Part shown: positions 56,612-64,000 of the stretch, piece after piece
How positions within the stretch are numbered: the first letter of the stretch is position 1
Layout of the letters: the number at the start of each line of letters is the position of its first letter
DNA from: a virus
IMG/VR virus record: IMGVR_UViG_3300032053_007880
Span: 3,740-67,739 of that record
DNA length: 64,000 bases
Strand: one strand, 5' to 3'
Notes under the pieces: generated by a model
Database searches by the model: none
Told to the model about the DNA's origin: nothing
Seen by the model: only the letters and a program-made list of their open reading frames with translations
Program-made: the position numbers and the translations under genes

Positions 56612-57162
56612 TGTTTCAGCACGGCAATGTGATTTTAAGAAAATTGCGAAGAGAAGATCTGCCAACTCTATTGGATCTAAAGTACGAGAGTTGGGGCACG
56701 ACTCATCAAGTCACAATTGCCAACATGGAAGATCAAGAACGATGGTTTGAGTCTCTGGACAAAAATGTCCACACGCCACGTAATTTGATGCTCATGGCCC
56801 ACTCTCCAAAAGTTGTAAACCCATTTGGAATTTTCAAAATCACCAACATTGACTGGGCAAGTCGAAGTTGTTTTGCAGCATGGGACGTATTCAAAGAGTT
56901 TCGTGGAAAGAAGTTAGGCAAGCCGTTGGTGGTTGCTGGAACATCTTTTTGTTTCAACGTGTTTAACTTGCATCGTGTTGAGTGTGAAATTTTGGAAACA
57001 AACATCGCATCCCAGAAGTGTGCTGAATCGGCTGGATTCAAACTTGAAGGCACCAAACGGGAATCCATCGTAAAAATGGGAAAATATATCAATAGCGGCG
57101 TGTATGGCGTTCTGGACAGAGAGTTCACAGCTTTACATCCTGCGGCAAATAGTGTAGAGTAA
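56611..57162 (+). CDS. GNAT (RimJ/RimL/PseH-like) N-acetyltransferase
   Basis: FRGKKLG acetyl-CoA loop, NLHRV, N.AS, GFKLEG; TAATG-coupled to DegT. Confidence 0.88.
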   Translation: MFQHGNVILRKLRREDLPTLLDLKYESWGTTHQVTIANMEDQERWFESLDKNVHTPRNLMLMAHSPKVVNPFGIFKITNIDWASRSCFAAWDVFKEFRGKKLGKPLVVAGTSFCFNVFNLHRVECEILETNIASQKCAESAGFKLEGTKRESIVKMGKYINSGVYGVLDREFTALHPAANSVE

Positions 57163-57184
57163 CCCCTTTGACGAAAGGGACTTC

Positions 57185-57448
57185 GTGTTACGCAAAGTTA
57201 TTTCAGGTGCTCAAAGCGGAGCCGACATTGCCGGGCTAGAAATAGCGAAGCGTTTTGGATACGAAACGGGCGGCACAATGCCGTTTGGGTACAAAACGCT
57301 GGACGGCTGCAAACCTGAGTACAAGTCATTGTACGGCGTTTCCGCTCATCCATCTTCGAGTTATGTTCCTCGGACCCGTAAAAACGTATTGGAGTCTGAC
57401 GGGACAATTCGACTTGCCTACAACTTTTCTTCCAAAGGCGAGATATAA
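57185..57448 (+). pseudogene. Apparently truncated SLOG / putative molybdenum carrier protein
   Basis: KVISGAQSGADIAGL, TGG..P.G, Y..RT..NV..SDGT then stop after 87 aa directly before uvsE. Confidence 0.6.
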
Positions 57449-57450
57449 AT

Positions 57451-58347
57451 ATGATTCGTATCGGTCTCTGCTGTATATTCCGGGATCAGCCCATCAAGTT
57501 CGTTACCACGACGGCCACGGCAATCGGCAAGATGAAACGGACTGATGCTTTGGCAAAGCTGAGCCGCCTCTGTATGGAGAACGCTGACGCTTTACTAGCA
57601 TCGCTTCGATTCTGTGCAGCAAATGATATCGGCTGTTTTCGAATCAGCAGCCGCATTCTGCCGATCAAAACGCATCCTCAATACGGATATGAAGTCACAG
57701 ATCTGCCAGACGGCGATGAAATCATTCGACGTTTCAGGGAGTGCGGGAAGTTCGTCACGAAACACAAACTGCGAACTTGCTTCCACCCGGATCAATTTGT
57801 CGTCCTGAACTCGCCTCGTGCTGATGTTGTCGAGAAATCTGTCCTCGAACTCGAATATCAAGCTGAGGTCGCTGAATGGGTGGAGGCCGATGTAATCAAT
57901 ATTCATGGCGGCGGAGCTTACGGAGACAAGCAAAAAGCCCTTGCTGATTTCGTAAGCACTATTGAGCATCTGTCTTGCAGAGTCAGGAGTCGCTTGACCG
58001 TTGAAAATGATGACAAGACCTACACACCATCCGATTTGTTGCCGGTCTGTCGATCAACCGGCATTCCTCTTGTTTACGACGTACATCATCATCGCTGCAA
58101 TCCGGATGAACTGAGCATTGAAGAAGCGACCAAACAGGCTTTGACCACATGGAACAGGGAACCGATGTTCCATATTTCCAGTCCGATTGATGGCTGGGAT
58201 GGCCCAAAGCCTGAGCGACATCATGACTTTATTGATGTGAATGACTTCCCAAAGTACTGGCTACAAGAACCCATAACCGTGGAAGTGGAAGCGAAAGCTA
58301 AAGAAGTGGCTGTCGCAAAGCTGCTTACAGAACTGATATCCGATTGA
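57451..58347 (+). CDS. uvsE: UV damage endonuclease
   Basis: RIGLCC, FRISS, FHPDQF.VLNS, NIHGGG, LTVENDD, VYDVHHH, FHISS, HHDFI, EVEAKAKE. Confidence 0.95.
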   Translation: MIRIGLCCIFRDQPIKFVTTTATAIGKMKRTDALAKLSRLCMENADALLASLRFCAANDIGCFRISSRILPIKTHPQYGYEVTDLPDGDEIIRRFRECGKFVTKHKLRTCFHPDQFVVLNSPRADVVEKSVLELEYQAEVAEWVEADVINIHGGGAYGDKQKALADFVSTIEHLSCRVRSRLTVENDDKTYTPSDLLPVCRSTGIPLVYDVHHHRCNPDELSIEEATKQALTTWNREPMFHISSPIDGWDGPKPERHHDFIDVNDFPKYWLQEPITVEVEAKAKEVAVAKLLTELISD

Positions 58348-58488
58348 CAGATGGAGGAGGGAATGCCGAACAGACTTCTCCGGGAACATATTTGGCTGCA
58401 ACAACAGATGGGTTGGCTCTAGCGAACCCGAACATAGGTTCCTGCGTCATGATGACGTAGGAAGTAAAACAAAGACAAGGATGTTATC

Positions 58489-59064
58489 ATGGACGAGACA
58501 CAGGATGTGTCTCCGTGGGATGCAGAGGACAAAGTCCTTATCATCATGCGGGGATTGCCATGGACTGGCAAATCGTATCGGGCAAAAGAATTGGCTGGAT
58601 CGACGGGGTTGATTTTCTCCACCGACGATTATTGGTATCAAGTCAACTACCCTGACAAACCAAACGAATATTCATTCAATCCGAGATTTTTGGGAGCGGC
58701 TCACAAGTGGAATCAGCTTCGGGCACAGCGTGCTGTCGATATGGGCGAGAAGCTCATCATTATCGACAACACCAATACGATGGCGTCAGAATTTTGCTGT
58801 GGTTATGCAAAATATGCTCACTGGCAGAATTACAAAATTTGTATCGAGGAACCCACTTCTGAACGGTGGCTGGAAATCAAAGATCTTCTTAAAAGAAAGC
58901 GTGATAACAAAAAATCCTTGAAACAATGGGCTGTTGATCTAGCTGAAGGCAGCAAGGCCACGCACAATGTTCCGTTTTTTGCGATTGAAAGGATGATGTG
59001 GAGATGGGAAAATGACCTGACTCCAGAATCTGTGATCGAGAAATGCTGCCAACAGCATACATAA
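58489..59064 (+). CDS. P-loop kinase (AAA_33 / N4BP2-like)
   Basis: IMRGLPWTGKS, STDDY, AHKWNQ, IIDNTN, HNVP. Confidence 0.85.
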   Translation: MDETQDVSPWDAEDKVLIIMRGLPWTGKSYRAKELAGSTGLIFSTDDYWYQVNYPDKPNEYSFNPRFLGAAHKWNQLRAQRAVDMGEKLIIIDNTNTMASEFCCGYAKYAHWQNYKICIEEPTSERWLEIKDLLKRKRDNKKSLKQWAVDLAEGSKATHNVPFFAIERMMWRWENDLTPESVIEKCCQQHT

Positions 59065-59096
59065 GTGTAATATCCTAGAAATGGAGAAATACGCTT

Positions 59097-59876
59097 ATGT
59101 CAGGAAAAACAAGAATCTCGATCACCAAAGAGTATTTGAAACAAGAATATTCTGAAAAACAAAAAACCACGACGGAGATTGCTGCCGAAATAGGGTGTTC
59201 AATTAACACTGTGAACGCCAGATTGAAACATTTCGGAATTGAACTTCGGAAGTCTTGGGATAGGGATCGTGAAAGCCTTGTTGGAAGAGACTTCAACAAG
59301 TGGCATGTGTTGAAACAAATGCCATCAAAAAGGAAAGTAACACAATGGCTGTGTGAATGCGAATGCGGAACACAGAAGGTTATTCATTATGGTGCTTTAA
59401 CCTCTGGGCAAAGACTACAATGTAGAAAATGTTCTGCTTTTTCTCAAAGATCAAAAGAGCCAATCACACGTACTTTTTGGAAACAAATAGAAAGAGGGGC
59501 CACATTAAGAAATTTGCCGATTGAGATCACACGTGAAGATGCTTATAATCTGTTCTTGATTCAAAACAAAAAATGTGCTTTGACAGGCATGGATTTGAAG
59601 TTTTCAGATACAACCACAAGTTATAACGGGACAGCATCTTTGGATAGAAAAGATTCATCTCTTGGTTATGTCAAAGAAAATGTACAATGGGTTCACAAAG
59701 ACATAAACTTGATGAAGCTAGATCATAGCGAAGACCGTTTTGTGCATTTGTGCGAAATGGTTGTAAAATACAAATCCTCAACACTGGAGAAAAGTCATGA
59801 AATTGCGTTTGATTCTGAGTGCGTTACTGGTGATGGTCGCTACGACCGTCCATGCACAGCAAAAGCGAACATTTGA
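59097..59876 (+). CDS. HNH-like homing endonuclease with N-terminal HTH
   Basis: EIAAEIGCS HTH, WLCECECG, CALTG, ASLDRKDS..GY..NVQWV..IN.MK. Confidence 0.85.
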   Translation: MSGKTRISITKEYLKQEYSEKQKTTTEIAAEIGCSINTVNARLKHFGIELRKSWDRDRESLVGRDFNKWHVLKQMPSKRKVTQWLCECECGTQKVIHYGALTSGQRLQCRKCSAFSQRSKEPITRTFWKQIERGATLRNLPIEITREDAYNLFLIQNKKCALTGMDLKFSDTTTSYNGTASLDRKDSSLGYVKENVQWVHKDINLMKLDHSEDRFVHLCEMVVKYKSSTLEKSHEIAFDSECVTGDGRYDRPCTAKANI

Positions 59877-61641
59877 ATCGCTCGTAGGCGGCGTCGAAGT
59901 GGCTCCTGTCGAAAACTCGCCAATCACACAAGTTCCTTTCATCACATGGGGCGGTGATGTTTCAACTTTTGTCGCCAACGGCGGATTGGTGACAACGCCG
60001 CAGTCCATTTACGGCAAGTCAGGTTTGAATCTAAAACTTGTCCCCGGCGACGACTTCGAACAACAAGTTCGTGACTATCTGACCGGCAAAAGCCCATATC
60101 TTCGTGGCACCTACCACATGGTGGCTTTGGCGTCAGAGATGATGAACAAAGATCCTCGCACCAAGCCAGTTATGGTTATGCAATTGACTTGGAGTCTTGG
60201 AGATCATTTGGTTGGTCGTGAAGCAATTCGCACAATCAATGATTTCAAGGGCAAGAAGATCTGTTTGCAGCAAGGTGGACCGCACATAGGTCTCATTGAC
60301 GATTCGCTCAAAGCGGCTGGTCTGCAATGGACGGACATCACTGTGGTCTGGGCCAAGAATTTAACCGGTGACGACAGTCCAGCGGCGATGTTCCGCAAAG
60401 ATCCAACTATTGATGGTTGTTGCGTAATCTCCCCTGATATGATCGGACTAACATCTGGTCTGGAATCTGTGGGGTCTGGCGGAGAAGGAACTGTAAAAGG
60501 TGCTCACGTTGTCAATTCCACGGCATCCATGAGTCGCTCCATCGCCGACGTGTACATTGTCCGCAGCGATTATTTCGAAGCCAACAAGGATAAGGTGGAG
60601 AAATTCGTGGTTGGCTATCTGAAGGCCACAGAAAGTCTGTTGAAAGACAAAGAAACTTACAACAATGGTCGTGGTTCATCTCCATCGTATGTGGCCGCTC
60701 TCAAGTTGGCTCAGACCATTTATGGTGCAGCAGTTCTGCCAACGATTGAAGAAGATGCACACGGGCTGGTGTCTGATGCAAATTTTGTACGCATCCCCGG
60801 CAATGAAATCTTTTTCAACGATCCAAACAACTTGACTGGATTCGCCGCTCGTCAAACAGCGACTTTGGATCTTGCATCTCAGCTTGGATACATCAGTCAG
60901 AAACTTGGCTTTTCCAAAGCTGATTGGGATTACAAAAAGCTTTCTGAGCAAGTCGGCGTGCCTTATGTTCCGCCTGTTTACGCCAAAGGTCGCATCAAGG
61001 CCGAAGTCGCTGACTTTGGGGAAGATCTTGACAGCAGCACCATTTTCTCCTTCGAGATCAAGTTCCAGCCAGAACAAATCACATTTCCTGTTGAGACCTA
61101 TGCTGCTGACTTCAAGAGATATTTGTCATCGGCATCTACCTTTGCAAATGCGGCTGTGATTGTGGAAGGACATTCTGACCCCACTCTGGCACTGCAACAC
61201 TTCTTTTGGGCGGCAAAAGCCAAAGGATTGATTACTGGAGAAGCTGGCAATTACAAATTTCGTGGACAGCCGTTGGATTTGGCAGACACAGGATCAGTGA
61301 TTGCTGTGATTCAAACAGAGAATCTTGCTGGTCAGAAACGCAAAGACAGCAATGGGCAAATGATCGAAATTCCAGATCCAAAAACGACAGTGGCGGCTGC
61401 TTTGACCCTCAGTAAATCACGGGCTGATGCTGTCAAAAGAGCAATTGAATCTTTCGCAAAAGAGACCAGTGTGCAGGTTGACATGTCTCAGGCTTTACCA
61501 AACGGAGTTGGAATCTCCACTCCAGTTAATCCTCGGCCACGCAACATGCAGCAAGCTCAAGAAAACATGCGTGTTGTGTTTCGTGTTGTTCGTGTAAAGG
61601 CCGAAGCAATTTCGGCTGACGATTTCAACTTCGACAAGTAA
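59797..61641 (+). CDS. Exported substrate-binding (NMT1/SsuA-like) protein fused to OmpA-like domain
   Basis: Signal peptide VHA-Q; FITWGGD, WSLGDH; C-terminal IKF..VEGHSD..LS..RADAV..NMRVVFR OmpA-like motif. Confidence 0.8.
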   Translation: MKLRLILSALLVMVATTVHAQQKRTFESLVGGVEVAPVENSPITQVPFITWGGDVSTFVANGGLVTTPQSIYGKSGLNLKLVPGDDFEQQVRDYLTGKSPYLRGTYHMVALASEMMNKDPRTKPVMVMQLTWSLGDHLVGREAIRTINDFKGKKICLQQGGPHIGLIDDSLKAAGLQWTDITVVWAKNLTGDDSPAAMFRKDPTIDGCCVISPDMIGLTSGLESVGSGGEGTVKGAHVVNSTASMSRSIADVYIVRSDYFEANKDKVEKFVVGYLKATESLLKDKETYNNGRGSSPSYVAALKLAQTIYGAAVLPTIEEDAHGLVSDANFVRIPGNEIFFNDPNNLTGFAARQTATLDLASQLGYISQKLGFSKADWDYKKLSEQVGVPYVPPVYAKGRIKAEVADFGEDLDSSTIFSFEIKFQPEQITFPVETYAADFKRYLSSASTFANAAVIVEGHSDPTLALQHFFWAAKAKGLITGEAGNYKFRGQPLDLADTGSVIAVIQTENLAGQKRKDSNGQMIEIPDPKTTVAAALTLSKSRADAVKRAIESFAKETSVQVDMSQALPNGVGISTPVNPRPRNMQQAQENMRVVFRVVRVKAEAISADDFNFDK

Positions 61642-61652
61642 CAGATACCTTC

Positions 61653-61711
61653 CCGCCTCTGTGCCGTAACTCTTCCCGTCAAAATGAGTGCGGCACAGAA
61701 GGCGGATTTTT
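61653..61711 (+). terminator. Long intercistronic hairpin / leaky terminator
   Basis: ccgcct-ctgtgccg...cggcacag-a-aggcgg followed by attttt. Confidence 0.65.
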
Positions 61712-61725
61712 CTTAGGAGACACAG

Positions 61726-62106
61726 ATGAAAAACAAGAAATTCATTCTCTATGGGATTAGCGTCGTTCTGCTTTTGTTTGTGTTCGTTGCAGGATACACA
61801 GCAATTGGTGGTTTGACTTACTCCGATGGGGAGCGGACTGGGACTATCACTAAGTTCAGTCACAAAGGTCTCTTCCTTAAAACTTGGGAAGGGGAACTGA
61901 ACATGGGCGGATTGGAAACTGGAGGGAGAGGCACAATTTGGTCCTTTTCTGTAACAGATCCAACGGTCATCGAGAAGATTCACCAAGCTCAACGCAGTGG
62001 CGGCGGTCATTGGACGTTGAAGTATCGTCAGCAATTCTTCCGGCAAAGCTGGAAGGGGTCCACAGAGTATTTCATCGTCGATGTCATCAAATCGGGAAAG
62101 GAATAA
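61726..62106 (+). CDS. Membrane-anchored protein (YSxGxRxG...KGxxxKTWEGEL family)
   Basis: N-terminal TM; YSDGERTGTITKFSHKG..KTWEGEL; FSV. Confidence 0.75.
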   Translation: MKNKKFILYGISVVLLLFVFVAGYTAIGGLTYSDGERTGTITKFSHKGLFLKTWEGELNMGGLETGGRGTIWSFSVTDPTVIEKIHQAQRSGGGHWTLKYRQQFFRQSWKGSTEYFIVDVIKSGKE

Positions 62107-62109
62107 CCC

Positions 62110-63042
62110 ATGAAGAATATCATTGCAGTTTTTCTGACGGCGATTGCTATCACAACCAGTGTTGTTGCCGATGATCATGTTGTGATCGTCCTAGACACAT
62201 CTGGCAGCATGGCTGATCAGATGAGCGTTGGAAAGAGTCGCATGGAAGTTGCACAAGACGCTCTTGTGAATGTCTTGTCGAAGGTTCCAGACACAACCAA
62301 AGTCGGAATTCTGACTTTCAATGGTTGGGTTTACGACCTCCAGCCAGTGGATCGAACAAAACTGGAGACAGCGATTCTTGCAACTCGGCCTAGTGGCGGG
62401 ACTCCTCTCTATCAATATATCAGTTCCGGGGCCACACGTTTGCTCAAAGAACGACAAGATCAGAACAACGTCGGAAGCTATAAGTTGTTGGTTGTGACCG
62501 ATGGTGCTGCCAGCGACAATTGGCTGAATGAAGACGGCGAATTCAATGATAACACTCTCAAGCCCGGTGTTCTCAGAGATATTTTGAATCGAGGTGTCAT
62601 TGTGGATGCCATCGGATTGGATTTGGCTGACAAACATGCTTTGTCTACTCAGATCAACGGTGTCTACATGCGTGGAGACGATCCAACATCATTGACCAAG
62701 GCTCTTGCCAAATCAGTTGCTGAAGTTGGATTTGGCGGAACACAAGACGCCTCAGATGCGGCCTTCAAAGAGATATCTGATTTGCCAGAATCTTTTGTGA
62801 TGGCTTCTTTGAAGGGACTGACAACATTTTCTAATCATCCAATTGGAGAGATGGCTCCGGTTGAAGAAGTTCAAGCCGATGGAACAGTGATTATGAAGCC
62901 GAATCCAGTTCAAGTTGCCAACAATGGTTCTGGATTTGGAATAATCATCGGAATAGTTGGTGTTGTGGTAGGAGTTGGGATCTTTACTGCCGCCGCAGTG
63001 ATGTTGATTTTTGTGTTGGCGGTCGCTGTAGACCGCATTTGA
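62110..63042 (+). CDS. Exported vWA domain protein with C-terminal TM anchor
   Basis: Signal peptide; VLDTSGSM MIDAS, GGTPL, VVTDG, DAIG. Confidence 0.9.
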   Translation: MKNIIAVFLTAIAITTSVVADDHVVIVLDTSGSMADQMSVGKSRMEVAQDALVNVLSKVPDTTKVGILTFNGWVYDLQPVDRTKLETAILATRPSGGTPLYQYISSGATRLLKERQDQNNVGSYKLLVVTDGAASDNWLNEDGEFNDNTLKPGVLRDILNRGVIVDAIGLDLADKHALSTQINGVYMRGDDPTSLTKALAKSVAEVGFGGTQDASDAAFKEISDLPESFVMASLKGLTTFSNHPIGEMAPVEEVQADGTVIMKPNPVQVANNGSGFGIIIGIVGVVVGVGIFTAAAVMLIFVLAVAVDRI

Positions 63043-63133
63043 GACAAAAAGGTCATTTCGATAATGAAAAACATCGTTTTGTTACTCATCCTTGCAAGCG
63101 GTCGGAGAAGATAAAGTGGACGAGAAAACATCT

Positions 63134-64000
63134 ATGACCAAATTCCGCATTGCGGCAATGGTCTTCATTTGGTTCTGCATATTGGGAATCGGGGCCTTGG
63201 CGTACAGGTATTGGTTTCATCCTCGCCAACAACAGGCGGCTGAACTACAGGCCAAACAAGAGCATAAGGCGACCATTGAAAAAACCAGTGCTCCTTCTCG
63301 TTTCAAATACTCGGTCAATTTTGCCGCCGATGCGTTTTCTGGATACGCAGCGATCCGCAGCAATTCGTTTCGTGATGAAAGTGCAAAATTTGGAATCAAA
63401 ATCGAGTTGACTGATGATGGTGCGAACTATCAGCAGCGTTTACAGAGGCTTGCGAGTGGTGAGTTGGACATGGCGATGTTCACCGTCGATGCTTTGATGA
63501 AGGCTTCTTCGGAACTCAAAGACATTCCTGCGACCATCGTTGCTTTGGTGGATGAAACCAAAGGAGCAGATGCTATGGTTGCATCTAAGTCTCGATTCCC
63601 AAACATTGACGCCCTCAATTCCAGCGGACTGAAAATTGTTTGTGTCAAAGATTCTCCATCAGAAACTTTGGCACGAGTTGTGATGGCCCATTTCAATCTC
63701 GACAAGTTGCCAGAAAGTCCATTCCAATATATGGACAACGTGGATCAGGTCTACCAAGAATATCAGAAAGCCAAGCCTGCCGACAACAAGGTGTTTGTGC
63801 TGTGGGAACCATACGTCAGCAAGATCGTAGACAATCCTGATTATCATGTCTTGGTGGACAGCAGCAAATTCAGCGGCTACATCTTGGATGTGATTGTTGT
63901 TCGACGTGGTTTCTTGGTTCAAAACGAAGAGATTGTTTTGAATGTCGTTAAGGCATATCTGAAGTCCATGTTTGACAATCGCAATCGTATGGTTCAGCTT
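63134..64000 (+). CDS. Membrane-anchored substrate-binding protein (runs off window end)
   Basis: Not in ORF track; manual translation MTKFRIAAMVFIWFCILGIGALAY...DAFSGY...DDGANY..RL..GELD...TVDAL...DETKGADAMV...LWEPYVS. Confidence 0.8.
   Translation, partial: MTKFRIAAMVFIWFCILGIGALAYRYWFHPRQQQAAELQAKQEHKATIEKTSAPSRFKYSVNFAADAFSGYAAIRSNSFRDESAKFGIKIELTDDGANYQQRLQRLASGELDMAMFTVDALMKASSELKDIPATIVALVDETKGADAMVASKSRFPNIDALNSSGLKIVCVKDSPSETLARVVMAHFNLDKLPESPFQYMDNVDQVYQEYQKAKPADNKVFVLWEPYVSKIVDNPDYHVLVDSSKFSGYILDVIVVRRGFLVQNEEIVLNVVKAYLKSMFDNRNRMVQL

Noticed and set aside
57444-57451. Perfect TATAAATA before uvsE
   Set aside because: It overlaps the A of the start codon, so it cannot serve as a promoter for that start.
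61495-62178. 227-aa minus-strand ORF
   Set aside because: Antisense across three well-supported plus-strand genes.
63064-63114. Tiny ORF MKNIVLLLILASGRRR
   Set aside because: 16 codons; at most a remnant of a signal-peptide gene.
1-64000. tRNA, rRNA, tmRNA, CRISPR arrays, IS elements and stop-codon recoding
   Set aside because: No tRNA cloverleaf with T-loop, no repeat-spacer array and no transposase with terminal repeats seen by eye; conserved genes are intact in code 11.

Overview
This 64 kb window looks like part of a large (jumbo-type) dsDNA bacteriophage genome with a divergent T4-like core, read in genetic code 11. The core includes gp32-like SSB, UvsX, UvsY, gp41/DnaB helicase, a gp55-like region-2-only sigma factor, a possible gp59-like protein, thyA-folA, dNMP kinase and thioredoxin. 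Accessory content includes a prkA-yeaH-spoVR operon split by two glycosylation genes, many sugar-modifying enzymes, glpX, uvsE, a MotA/ExbB-ExbD-like membrane trio, a substrate-binding/OmpA/vWA cluster and several free-standing homing endonucleases. The most striking locus is a thumb-less, exonuclease-degenerate family A polymerase beside a ~420-500 nt densely base-paired non-coding region. Other unusual signals are a capsid-targeting-like N-terminal motif on nine ORFs with a matching late-promoter-like motif, a tandem parS-like palindrome at the end of a ParB-like gene, and several candidate structured RNAs. I saw no rRNA, tRNA or CRISPR array. All calls come from reading motifs by eye; no database searches or folding programs were run.
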